A program made the translations under genes and the position numbers. The notes beneath the pieces were generated by a model. It made no database searches. It was given only the letters and a program-made list of their open reading frames with translations, and had not been told where the DNA came from. A DNA stretch of 53,836 nt from an uncultured Bacteroidales bacterium (GTDB taxonomy: Bacteria > Bacteroidota > Bacteroidia > Bacteroidales > UBA932). The stretch covers positions 1 through 53,836 of the forward strand of contig CAMJJO010000001.1 in NCBI GenBank assembly GCA_946406095.1. Reading direction: 5' to 3'. Below, piece by piece: positions 44,831 to 53,836 of this stretch (position 1 is its first letter; each line of letters starts with the position of its first letter).

Positions 44831-45429
44831 AGTTCCAATATAACAAGACATCGCTGACGAACCTCGGGAAACAGCTGAAGGTGCGGCAGAGGGCACTCCC
44901 TACATTAAAGAACAAGGAGTCCGCCCTGCGCCTAAGCGTGATCCAGGCCAAGAAAGATTCGGAGCGTCTGGCGGCGGAACTGGAAGCCGCAATCCAGCGC
45001 TACGACTATCTTGCAGCCCTCTGGAACGAGTTCGAGCCGGGGCTTATCCGCATCACCGACATCGACCTCAAGGAGGTGAAGGTGGCCGGAGTCAAATGCC
45101 CTCAGCTGGACGAAATCCACTATGAGCTGGCTCCGTTCAATGCCTTTGTCAAGCCTGCCTGGTATGCCGACGGCGTGCGAATCCTTCAGGAACTTACCCG
45201 CCTGGGGCTCGAGAGCGAGGTTTTTGAGCAGAAGCGCCGCATCCTGGATTTCCAACGCAAGAAGACCACCCAGAAGGTGAACCTCTACGAGAAAGTGCAG
45301 ATTCCGGGGTATCAGGAGGCGATTTTGAAGATCAAACGCTATATGGAGGATGAGGAAAACCTGAGCAAGGCCGCATCCAAGATAGTAAAGACGCGCCACG
45401 CGCTCGAAGAAGAGGAGGAAGCCATATGA
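44821..45429 (+). CDS. ntpD: V/A-type ATPase subunit D
   Basis: LPTLKNKESALR and KTTQKVNLYEKVQIP. Confidence 0.92.
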   Translation: MAIKFQYNKTSLTNLGKQLKVRQRALPTLKNKESALRLSVIQAKKDSERLAAELEAAIQRYDYLAALWNEFEPGLIRITDIDLKEVKVAGVKCPQLDEIHYELAPFNAFVKPAWYADGVRILQELTRLGLESEVFEQKRRILDFQRKKTTQKVNLYEKVQIPGYQEAILKIKRYMEDEENLSKAASKIVKTRHALEEEEEAI

Positions 45430-47201
45430 TCGAGAAGATGACCAAATACTCCATGATTCTGCTCAAAGGGCAGCAGGAGTCGCTTCTGGAAGGCCTCCAG
45501 GAGCTGGGGCTGGTGGATATCACCCGCAGCACCAAGGCTCTGGACGACACTTCCCAGAAGATAGTGGCGGAGATCGAACTGATCAAAGGCCTCATCCAGG
45601 GCTTGCAGAAAGCCAGAATCCCCGAAGGGACTCAGCCGGAACATATCGACGGCGATATCGTGCGTCTGGCCGGCGGCATGATCATGCGCTACGCCGATGA
45701 CAGCGAGGAAATCAAAAACCTTCGCAAGGAATTGGATGAGAGACGCATATGGGGATCCTTCGATCCGGATATACTACGCAAACTCTCGGAAGCCGGCGTC
45801 TCCGTCAATTTCCACAAACTGTCCAAGAAACAGTTCAAGCCTGAATGGAACGAAGAATACGCCATTTCCGTAGTCAATCAAGATAAGACAGGCATTTGGT
45901 TCGTGGTGGCGGGAGAAGATCCCCTCCCGGGCAAGATTCCAGCTCCCGAAACAGATGCAAGGCAACTTGAGCAGGACCTCCAGGAAAAGGAACAGCATTT
46001 CCAGAAAGTGCTTGGCCGCATTGCCGGCGCCAAGGAGCGCATTCCTGAACTGGAGCAAAAAAAGGCCGATCTTTGTTCAAAGCTGGACCTCTACCTTGCC
46101 GGTGCCGCCGCCGTCCCTGCTGCAGAAAACTCAATCGTCACCCTGGTGGGCTATGCCCCGGTGGAAGACGATGCCGCCATATGCGCCGCGCTGGATGCAT
46201 CGGACATCTTCTATCTGAAGGAAGACGCCGTCCTGGAGGACGATCCGCCCATCTCCTTCAGGAACAACAAGTTCGTGAAGATGTTCGAGCTGCTCACCGA
46301 TATGTACGGCCGCCCGGCCTACAACGGTTTCGATCCCACGCCTTTTATTGCAGTCTTCTTCATGCTCTTCTTCGCCTTCTGTATGGGCGACGCGGGCTAC
46401 GGGCTGTTGCTGATAGCCCTTGGATTCGGGCTGAAGAAGGCCCTGGGAGACATTTCTCCCTTGGTCATCACCTTGGGCGTGGCCACGACTGTAATAGGTT
46501 TTCTCTTCCATACCTTCTTCAGCATAGACATAGCCCAGTGGCAGATATTCGAGCCCATCAAGGGCATTTTCCTGCCTTCCAAGATTGCAGGGTATGACGG
46601 CACCATGGTGCTCTCGCTCGTAGTGGGTATAGTGCATATCTGCATAGCGATGGTTGTCAAGACCTGCGTTGCCACCAGGCAGAAAGGCTTCCTCGGCAGC
46701 CTCGGCACCTGGGGATGGACTCTGCTGATCGTGGGTGGAGTGATCGTGGGAGCATTCGCCCTTCTCGGGGTTATCGACAAGAGCCTTACCAAGATAATAA
46801 TCATCGTTCTCGGTATCATCTCCGCGCTGGGCATTTTCCTGCTCAACGACATTCACCGCAATCCCCTGCTGAACATAGGCTCCGGCCTTTGGGACACCTA
46901 CAATGCAATCACGGGCCTGCTGGGAGACGTGCTGAGCTATCTGCGACTGTATGCCCTCGGCCTTGCCGGAATGATGCTCGGCAGTTCCTTCAACACCATA
47001 GGGCTGACTCTGCTTGGGGACGGATCCTCACCGGTGATGTGGGTGTTTTTCATACTCCTCGTCATTGTGGGGCATACACTCAACATAGCCATGGCCGCCC
47101 TGGGCGCCTTCGTCCATCCGCTCAGGCTCAACTTCCTTGAATTTTTCAAGAATTCCGGCTACGAAGCCACAGGACGCAATTTTAATCCGCTAAAGAAATA
47201 A
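45426..47201 (+). CDS. ntpI: V/A-type ATPase subunit I (a)
   Basis: MYGRP.Y..FDPT, MGDAGYG, DVLSYLRLYALGL and VHPLRLNFLEFF. Confidence 0.94.
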   Translation: MIEKMTKYSMILLKGQQESLLEGLQELGLVDITRSTKALDDTSQKIVAEIELIKGLIQGLQKARIPEGTQPEHIDGDIVRLAGGMIMRYADDSEEIKNLRKELDERRIWGSFDPDILRKLSEAGVSVNFHKLSKKQFKPEWNEEYAISVVNQDKTGIWFVVAGEDPLPGKIPAPETDARQLEQDLQEKEQHFQKVLGRIAGAKERIPELEQKKADLCSKLDLYLAGAAAVPAAENSIVTLVGYAPVEDDAAICAALDASDIFYLKEDAVLEDDPPISFRNNKFVKMFELLTDMYGRPAYNGFDPTPFIAVFFMLFFAFCMGDAGYGLLLIALGFGLKKALGDISPLVITLGVATTVIGFLFHTFFSIDIAQWQIFEPIKGIFLPSKIAGYDGTMVLSLVVGIVHICIAMVVKTCVATRQKGFLGSLGTWGWTLLIVGGVIVGAFALLGVIDKSLTKIIIIVLGIISALGIFLLNDIHRNPLLNIGSGLWDTYNAITGLLGDVLSYLRLYALGLAGMMLGSSFNTIGLTLLGDGSSPVMWVFFILLVIVGHTLNIAMAALGAFVHPLRLNFLEFFKNSGYEATGRNFNPLKK

Positions 47202-47212
47202 TAACAATATAA

Positions 47213-47638
<426 letters not shown>

Positions 47639-47640
47639 TT

Positions 47641-49062
47641 ATGAAACGCAGGGACTTCCTCAAGACCGCAGGCGTCCTGGCAGCAGGATCCGCCCTGTCT
47701 TCCCCTCTGGCATCCGCCAGTCCCCTTGCATCCTCTGCCTCCGCACCGGTGGAGGGAGACCTCAACGACCTGAAGATTTTCAGGTCCATCGAAGCACAGG
47801 TGGACAAGCCCGTCACCGTCATCATTATCGGCGCCGGCAACCGTGGCAGGACTTACTCAGGCTATGCCAGCCTCTACCCAAGGACCATGAAGGTGGTTGG
47901 CGTGTCCGACATCCTGGACCATCGCCTCAAGTATCTGGCCGACAAGCATGACGTGGCTCCCGAAATGCGTTTCGGGCACTACCGCGAAGTGTTCGCAAGC
48001 GGAAAGAAACTGGCCGATGCGGTGATTATCTGCACTCCGGACGACAGGCATTTCGAACCCTGCATGAAGGCTCTCGAGCTTGGTTATGACGTGCTTCTGG
48101 AGAAGCCCATGGCCCAGACCGAAAAAGAGTGCCGTGCCATCCTTGCACAGTCAAAGAAATACAACCGCATAGTCGGCATATGCCATGTGCTCCGCTATGC
48201 TCCTTATTTCATGGCGCTCCGTCACGTGCTCCGCAGCGGAGCCATAGGCGAGATAGTGAGCTTCCAGCACATGGAGCCCATCCAGTATGCCCATATGGCG
48301 CATTCCTATGTGCGCGGCAACTGGCGCAACTCCAAGGAGACCACTCCCATCATCCTTGCCAAGTCCTGCCACGACCTCGACATTCTGCGCTGGCTGCTGG
48401 ACAAACCCTGCAAGAGCATAGTCGCAGACGCAAGCCTGCATCTCTTCAAGGCCGAGAATGCACCGGAGGGTGCCCCCTCCCATTGCACCGACGGCTGCCC
48501 TCACGAGGCCACCTGCCCTTATTCCGCAATCGACATCTATTGCAGGCGCAAGGCCCATCTGGGCGTATTCGACCTCAACGGCAACAGGGATCCGGAAGTG
48601 ATACTCCAGCGCCTCAAGGACCCCGCTTACAGCAGCTACGGACGCTGCGTCTATCATTGCGACAACGACCAGCCGGACCACTATGTGGCCGAAATGGTAT
48701 TCGAGGGCAATGAGACCGCCACATTCTCGATGGAGGCATTCTCTCCTTTCGGAGGCCGCAGGACCCGCATTATGGGCACCACCGGCTACATCGAGGGAGA
48801 CGGCGGCACTTTCACCGTCTACGATTTCCGCAGCGGAAAGAAGAACGTTTGGAACAGGAAAGTGTCCGAGATTCCCGAATACAAGGGATCCGGCCACGGA
48901 GGTGGCGACCTCGGCCTGGTCCGCGACTTCCTCGAAGCCGTCGGGCATCAAGATCCGACCCGGCTCACCAGCACCATCGAGGCATCCATAGAAAGCCACG
49001 TAATGGGCTTTGCGGCCGAACGCAGCCGCAAGTCCGGCAAGAAGGAAAAGGTGAAAGTTTAG
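47641..49062 (+). CDS. Tat-exported Gfo/Idh/MocA family oxidoreductase
   Basis: MKRRDFLK twin-arginine signal; IIGAGNRG, LLEKPMA, HVLRY, HSYVRGNW, KSCHDLD and GHGGGD. Confidence 0.9.
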   Translation: MKRRDFLKTAGVLAAGSALSSPLASASPLASSASAPVEGDLNDLKIFRSIEAQVDKPVTVIIIGAGNRGRTYSGYASLYPRTMKVVGVSDILDHRLKYLADKHDVAPEMRFGHYREVFASGKKLADAVIICTPDDRHFEPCMKALELGYDVLLEKPMAQTEKECRAILAQSKKYNRIVGICHVLRYAPYFMALRHVLRSGAIGEIVSFQHMEPIQYAHMAHSYVRGNWRNSKETTPIILAKSCHDLDILRWLLDKPCKSIVADASLHLFKAENAPEGAPSHCTDGCPHEATCPYSAIDIYCRRKAHLGVFDLNGNRDPEVILQRLKDPAYSSYGRCVYHCDNDQPDHYVAEMVFEGNETATFSMEAFSPFGGRRTRIMGTTGYIEGDGGTFTVYDFRSGKKNVWNRKVSEIPEYKGSGHGGGDLGLVRDFLEAVGHQDPTRLTSTIEASIESHVMGFAAERSRKSGKKEKVKV

Positions 49063-50402
49063 CGCCTGTAGATATACAGGATCTGACCAATACGGAGTTT
49101 GTCGCTGCGCAGATGGTTCCACTTTTTGAGTTGGGCCACTGTGCAGTGATTTTTTGCGGCTATCCGGCCGAGGTAGTCACCCTCTTTGACCTTGTAAACG
49201 ATTCTGGTCTCTCCCCCGCTCTCCTCTATGTTCTTGAGCACCTGGGCGTTAAGAAGCTCGCCCGCGCGGTGGAGATAGAGCGAATCCGGCTCCGCGGCGA
49301 GGAATGGCCCGGTCCAGAAATAAGGAAGATTGAGTATGCAGGTGCCGCTGTTCCCGGGGATTATGTCGTGGGTGTATTGCGGGTTGAGCAGTTTGACGGT
49401 TTCGAGCGGCACGCCCACCACCTCGTTTATCTGCTTGAAATGCAGGTTGCGGCGTATCTCGAAAGTATCCACCGCCACCGGCATACCCACATCGGCCGGC
49501 TTAAGACCATATTCCTTTGCATAGTGGAAAGCATACATCGCACCGATGAACGCAGGCACGTAGCCGCGTGTCTCCCTCGGAAGATAGGGGTAGATACTCC
49601 AGAAATCACTCTTGCCCGCCCGTTTGATCGCCTTGTTTACATTGCCCGAGCCGCAGTTGTATGAGCAGATGGCCAGGTTCCAGTCCCCGAACACGCTATA
49701 GGCATCTCTCAGGTACCTTGCGGCGGCATCGGCAGCCTTTTCCACATCCAGACGCTCATCCATGAAGGAATTGATCTTCAGGCCGTAAAGCTTGGCGGTG
49801 CGGTACATGAACTGCCAGATGCCCATCGCCCCGGCGCGGGATTCCGCAACGGGATTCAGATTGGATTCTATGATGGACATGTACTTCAGCTCCAGCGGAA
49901 GGCCGTATTTGGCAAGCTTCTCTTCGAAGACGGGGAAATAATACAGGCTGCGGCCCATCATGTTCTGCATGTGGCGGGGCATCTTCTCGGAATAAAGCAC
50001 CATATAGTTCTTCACAGTCTCGTTGAAGGGTATGGTGATGTAGGCGTTCATGGCTTGCAGGCGACGCATCAGTTCCTCGTCCGATACCTTGGACGTGAAG
50101 TGCACGGCATCCATGTCTATTTCGGAAGGTTCCTGGAAATCGGGTGAGAGACGCTGACGATACCAGATATCCAGAAGGCTGTCGGAGAGGGCGGGAGAGT
50201 CCTTCGCTTCGCTCGGGACGTCAGTGACTACAGTATCCACAGCAACAACGCTTTCAGAGGCCTTGATACTGTCCAGACGTGCCTGGAGAGCTGCCAGTTC
50301 GCGCTTGAGTGCCTCGTTTTCCGCCTTCAGGGCCTTTTTGTTCTGACCGGTGGCGGGCACGATGGCAGAAAGCATCAGTATGGCCGTCAGAAGTCTTTTC
50401 AT
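49059..50402 (-). CDS. mltD: Lytic murein transglycosylase MltD-like (SLT + LysM)
   Basis: LELKYMSIIES, SRAGAMGIWQFM, SYNCGSG and LPRETRGYVP; C-terminal LysM YKVKEGDYLGRIA. Confidence 0.9.
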   Translation of the reverse strand: MKRLLTAILMLSAIVPATGQNKKALKAENEALKRELAALQARLDSIKASESVVAVDTVVTDVPSEAKDSPALSDSLLDIWYRQRLSPDFQEPSEIDMDAVHFTSKVSDEELMRRLQAMNAYITIPFNETVKNYMVLYSEKMPRHMQNMMGRSLYYFPVFEEKLAKYGLPLELKYMSIIESNLNPVAESRAGAMGIWQFMYRTAKLYGLKINSFMDERLDVEKAADAAARYLRDAYSVFGDWNLAICSYNCGSGNVNKAIKRAGKSDFWSIYPYLPRETRGYVPAFIGAMYAFHYAKEYGLKPADVGMPVAVDTFEIRRNLHFKQINEVVGVPLETVKLLNPQYTHDIIPGNSGTCILNLPYFWTGPFLAAEPDSLYLHRAGELLNAQVLKNIEESGGETRIVYKVKEGDYLGRIAAKNHCTVAQLKKWNHLRSDKLRIGQILYIYRR

Positions 50403-50405
50403 AGC

Positions 50406-51287
50406 TTAAAAAGTAATGCCCAGACGGATGCCCAGAGCGGAATTGAATCCGGATCCGGAAGCATAATAATTGTCGGAAGGTATCACTACCGGATCTATAG
50501 ACATTGCCAGGTCATCCGCAATATTGAAATCGTGCATGTAGGCAAATACGTTGGCATCGATCACCTGCAGCAGGTAGAATCCGGCTATGGCCAGCACGGA
50601 ATAGTCTCTGTAGCGACGGTAGACATTTCTGTAGTATAGGGCGGTTTCCGCACCGATGGGGCCGCTGTAAGCATTCTCGGTATCGGTAGCTTCCCTGTAT
50701 ATGCGGCGGAATCGGGCATAGTTGGTCTTGTTCAGCACATAGAAATGTATGGAGCCCATCAGTCCGCCCCAGTAGATAGGCAACTTCCAGGCTTCCCCGT
50801 TGTAGATCTGGCCGAGACCGGGCACAAGTATGGAATAGAGGGTGGCCTTGCCAGCGCTGGGATAATCAGCCTCATAGCAGATGACCTCGTCCATTACCAT
50901 TCCCCAGTATGTCAGCCCGGCTGCGGCAAAACACAGCGTAGAGGCCTTCGAATTGCCCTTGTTCTTAAAGTAATATCCGCCGGCTACACCCCCGATCAGC
51001 CCACCGTAGACTATGGGAAGCTTCCAATAGTCCTTGTTGTACATCTGGCCGGTGCCGGGCATTATCGCCGAACCGAAAGCCATGGTGCCGGGCTTCAGCG
51101 GATTCTTGTGGGCCACACCCCCGAAGAATTCCTTGAAAGAGAACATCACGTCGGTGCTGTCCTTTTCCGACTCGGGGTCGTCGTTGTAGCTCTGGCTGAA
51201 AGCCTCGCTCTTGAACTGGGCATACGCAGGAGTGCCGATGGCAAAGGCCATAAGCGAAACCACAAGTATGCACAGGATTCTCTTCAT
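50406..51287 (-). CDS. DUF5683-like membrane protein with an internally duplicated motif
   Basis: Two copies of PG.GQ.YN...WKLPI..GG; YRRYRD and QVIDANVFA; sits at the conserved position between parB and mltD. Confidence 0.8.
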   Translation of the reverse strand: MKRILCILVVSLMAFAIGTPAYAQFKSEAFSQSYNDDPESEKDSTDVMFSFKEFFGGVAHKNPLKPGTMAFGSAIMPGTGQMYNKDYWKLPIVYGGLIGGVAGGYYFKNKGNSKASTLCFAAAGLTYWGMVMDEVICYEADYPSAGKATLYSILVPGLGQIYNGEAWKLPIYWGGLMGSIHFYVLNKTNYARFRRIYREATDTENAYSGPIGAETALYYRNVYRRYRDYSVLAIAGFYLLQVIDANVFAYMHDFNIADDLAMSIDPVVIPSDNYYASGSGFNSALGIRLGITF

Positions 51288-52222
51288 CAGATATCCGCCT
51301 TCTCGAGAGCCTCCAGGAAACGCTGCACTTCCTCGTCGGAAGCGAACTTGACCGTCATCGTGCCCTTTCCGGAAGCGCTGCGGCGCACGGAAATGTCGTT
51401 GGAGAAGAACTTTCCTATATGGGAAAGCATACGGGTATATTCGGCAGGGAGTTCAGTTTGCACGGGTGCAACTTTGCGGGAGGAAGGCGACTTTAGATAC
51501 TTGCGCACCAGTTCCTCCAGCTCGCGCACGCTGAGCCCTTCTTTGATAACCAAATCGCAGAACTTCTCCTGGGATTCCGCATCTGGCAGCCCTAGCAGCA
51601 CCTTTGCGTGACCTACGCTGAGGAGGCCGACCTTAAGGTCGTGCTGTATCTTGACGGGGAGCTTGAGCAGCCGGAGGGTGTTTGCAACACTGGCACGCTT
51701 CTTCCCCACCCTGTCCGCCATTGCCTCCTGCGTGAGGCTGCATTCGTCGATCAGACGCTGGAAACTGAGGGCGGTTTCGATGGGATCCAGATTCTCACGC
51801 TGGATATTCTCCACCAGGGCCATCTCCAGCATTCCCTGATCGTTCGCTTCGCGCACGTAGGCGGGAATCATCGACATCCCGGCCATACGGCAGGCCTTGT
51901 AGCGGCGCTCACCGCTGATGATCTGATAGCGGCCGTCGGAGACCTTGCGGACGGTGATAGGCTGTATCAGGCCAAGGGTGCGGATGGAGGCGGCCAGCTC
52001 TTCGAGGGCCTCCTGATCGAAGGCCATACGGGGCTGGAAAGGATTTGCCTCGACATTGGCAACCGGAATACGGAGAACGTCGGAAGCATCCTGCTTGGGG
52101 CGTGCACCGGCAATTTCCTTGTTCACATAGCCGACCGGCTTACGGAACTGATCTACATTCACATCTTCACCCAACAGGGCGCCCAGGCCCCTGCCGAGCC
52201 CGCGAGGTTCTTTATTGCTCAT
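51287..52222 (-). CDS. parB: Chromosome partitioning protein ParB
   Basis: GLGRGLGALL, NPFQPR, GLIQPITVR, SGERR, ALVENIQRENL and an HTH. Confidence 0.96.
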   Translation of the reverse strand: MSNKEPRGLGRGLGALLGEDVNVDQFRKPVGYVNKEIAGARPKQDASDVLRIPVANVEANPFQPRMAFDQEALEELAASIRTLGLIQPITVRKVSDGRYQIISGERRYKACRMAGMSMIPAYVREANDQGMLEMALVENIQRENLDPIETALSFQRLIDECSLTQEAMADRVGKKRASVANTLRLLKLPVKIQHDLKVGLLSVGHAKVLLGLPDAESQEKFCDLVIKEGLSVRELEELVRKYLKSPSSRKVAPVQTELPAEYTRMLSHIGKFFSNDISVRRSASGKGTMTVKFASDEEVQRFLEALEKADI

Positions 52223-52997
52223 TGCGTTTCTCTCCGTTTCTTTCGAGCACTTCAGCGGCCAGACTCATGTAATTGTTGGCGCCGTTGCTCATGATATCGT
52301 AAAGGATGATGGGTTTGCCGTGGCTGGGGGCTTCGCTCAAGCGGATATTGCGTTGGATGATGGTGCGGAAGACCATCTCCTTGAAATGCTCGCGGAGCTC
52401 GGCCACCACCTGGGTATGCACCTTGGTGCGGCCGTCGAACATGGTCACCAGGAAGCCCTCGATCGTAAGATTCGGGTTAACCTCCCCCTGAACCAGACGT
52501 ATGGTCTGAAGGAGCTTGCCAAGGCCTTCCAGAGCGAAGAACTCGGGCTGCACGGGGATGATTACGGAATCGGCTGCGGTAAGGCAGTTTACGGTGATAA
52601 GGCCGAGTGAAGGAGAGCAATCGATGATGATATAGTCGTAGTTGTCTTTGATGGGTTCCAGCACTGTCTTGAGCACGGATTCGCGATTGGGAAGCTCAAG
52701 CATCTCGATTTCGGCTCCTACCAGATTGATGTGGGAAGGCACCAGATGCAAACCGGACATTTCTGTCTGGATCAGGGCGTCCTCGATTCCGATCTGCCCG
52801 ATCATCACCTCATAGAGTGTGCGCTTCTGCCCGTCGTCGGGCGAGAAGTTCAATCCCGAAGTGGAGTTTGCCTGGGGATCGGCGTCGATAATCAGGACCT
52901 TCTTCTCGAGAACGGCGAGAGAGGCCGACAGATTGATGGCCGTCGTGGTTTTGCCCACGCCGCCCTTCTGGTTTGCTATGGCGATAATCTTTCCCAT
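52212..52997 (-). CDS. parA: Chromosome partitioning ATPase ParA/Soj
   Basis: ANQKGGVGKTTT, DADPQAN, IDCSPSLG and RLSEAPSHG. Confidence 0.96.
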   Translation of the reverse strand: MGKIIAIANQKGGVGKTTTAINLSASLAVLEKKVLIIDADPQANSTSGLNFSPDDGQKRTLYEVMIGQIGIEDALIQTEMSGLHLVPSHINLVGAEIEMLELPNRESVLKTVLEPIKDNYDYIIIDCSPSLGLITVNCLTAADSVIIPVQPEFFALEGLGKLLQTIRLVQGEVNPNLTIEGFLVTMFDGRTKVHTQVVAELREHFKEMVFRTIIQRNIRLSEAPSHGKPIILYDIMSNGANNYMSLAAEVLERNGEKRNEQ

Positions 52998-53011
52998 ATC
53001 GTAGAGTTATG

Positions 53012-53617
53012 TCAATCTACAAATTTAGCAAAAAATTTGGTTATAGCCCAATGCATGAGCCGGCACAGCAACTCGGCAACAATTATACCAGCGACGGCGC
53101 CGACAAGTATATCTCCCACAAAATGCTTCCCGACATATACCCGGCTGATGCTCACACCGGCCACCCAGACCACAAGAAGCGTAGCCAGAAGCCTTTCCCG
53201 GCGCCCGGCCCCCCACTTCCGGAAGAAATAAAGAACAGCCGTGGCCACTCCCGAGCAGGTTGCTGCATGTGCCGAGAAGAAGCCATATTTTCCGCCTTTT
53301 TTTTCGAGGATATGCAGGCCGTTGTCTATCATATACTCATCCCAGCAGGGGCGGAAGCGCATTGCCCAGTGCTTGATAAGGTTCGCAAACTGGTCTATGG
53401 CACCCACGGAGATGGCCACGGCCAGCACTATCACCAGTGTCTTCTTCCAGCCCAGGCGATACCATATGTAGGCGATCAGTGCCAGATATAGGGGTATCAT
53501 CACCACCCTGTTGCTAAGCACGGGCATCACCGCATCGGTGAACGCGCTGTCGAAGTCGTTCAGGGCAAGTGTCGCGGTCCGGTCGGCATTTATCAACGCG
53601 TCGAAAAAGGCACTCAT
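53012..53617 (-). CDS. PAP2 family membrane phosphatase
   Basis: K.....RFRP, FFSAHAA and SRVYVGKHFVGD. Start ATG 53617 overlaps the obgE stop. Confidence 0.88.
   Translation of the reverse strand: MSAFFDALINADRTATLALNDFDSAFTDAVMPVLSNRVVMIPLYLALIAYIWYRLGWKKTLVIVLAVAISVGAIDQFANLIKHWAMRFRPCWDEYMIDNGLHILEKKGGKYGFFSAHAATCSGVATAVLYFFRKWGAGRRERLLATLLVVWVAGVSISRVYVGKHFVGDILVGAVAGIIVAELLCRLMHWAITKFFAKFVD
53020..53027 (-). promoter_or_regulatory. -7 promoter element (TAAATTTG) for parA-parB, within the PAP2 3' end
   Basis: TAnnTTTG match 22 nt upstream of the parA ATG. Confidence 0.55.
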
Positions 53618-53836
53618 TTCTGCAATGCCCTCCACAGCATGTCCAGAAGGGTTTTCATCCCCTCTCCGCTAACCGAAGATATGAATACGTGAGGGATGTC
53701 CTTTGGCAGGGATGGTTCGATTTCCTTCTCTATGCTCTCGTCTATCATATCGCATTTGGTGATGGCGAGCACGCGCTCCTTCACCAGAAGCTCGGGATTG
53801 TAGAGTTTGAGCTCATTCAGCAGAGTCTCGTAGGTG
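53614..53836 (-). CDS. obgE: GTPase ObgE, C-terminal fragment (5' part outside the window)
   Basis: Manual translation: TYETLLNELKLYNPELLVKERVLAITKCDMIDE...PHVFISSVSGEGMKTLLDMLWRALQK*, which matches the Obg G4/G5 region. Confidence 0.85.
   Translation of the reverse strand, partial: TYETLLNELKLYNPELLVKERVLAITKCDMIDESIEKEIEPSLPKDIPHVFISSVSGEGMKTLLDMLWRALQK

Noticed and set aside
47700-47746. Short duplication encoding SPLASASPLASSASA
   Set aside because: Low-complexity linker after the Tat signal; unrelated to the palindromic element.

Overview
GC-rich chromosomal segment of an anaerobic Bacteroidales-type bacterium. This assignment is inferred from gene content and from TAnnTTTG -7 promoter motifs found upstream of many of the operons. 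In order, the window carries: a truncated GH5-like lipoprotein; an HD protein; a trimeric [FeFe]-hydrogenase (hydB-hydA-hydC) facing hydG-hydF, with no hydE; tRNA-Val(CAC); a fused PlsC+GNAT acyltransferase; a GH106-like hydrolase; a five-gene heterodisulfide-reductase-like operon with a membrane subunit; a beta-carbonic anhydrase; a radical SAM/SPASM + lipoprotein pair; a DUF4252/ECF-sigma module; cstA; an arginine/carbamoyl-phosphate operon; YhhN, MutT, GH95, MG2-like and MORN proteins; a V/A-type ATPase operon; a Tat oxidoreductase; mltD-DUF5683-parB-parA; PAP2; and the 3' end of obgE. Two signals stand out. (1) Two ~120-bp palindromic elements share a 28/29-nt core and apparently covarying stems. 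They sit in frame inside two unrelated enzymes (carA and GH95) and are translated in opposite orientations. (2) A 14-aa Arg-rich leader ORF (MSVVCPHKSRRARR) with overlapping alternative hairpins lies directly upstream of an arg operon that has no adjacent argR, making it a candidate arginine attenuator. All family assignments come from motif recognition by eye; no searches were run.
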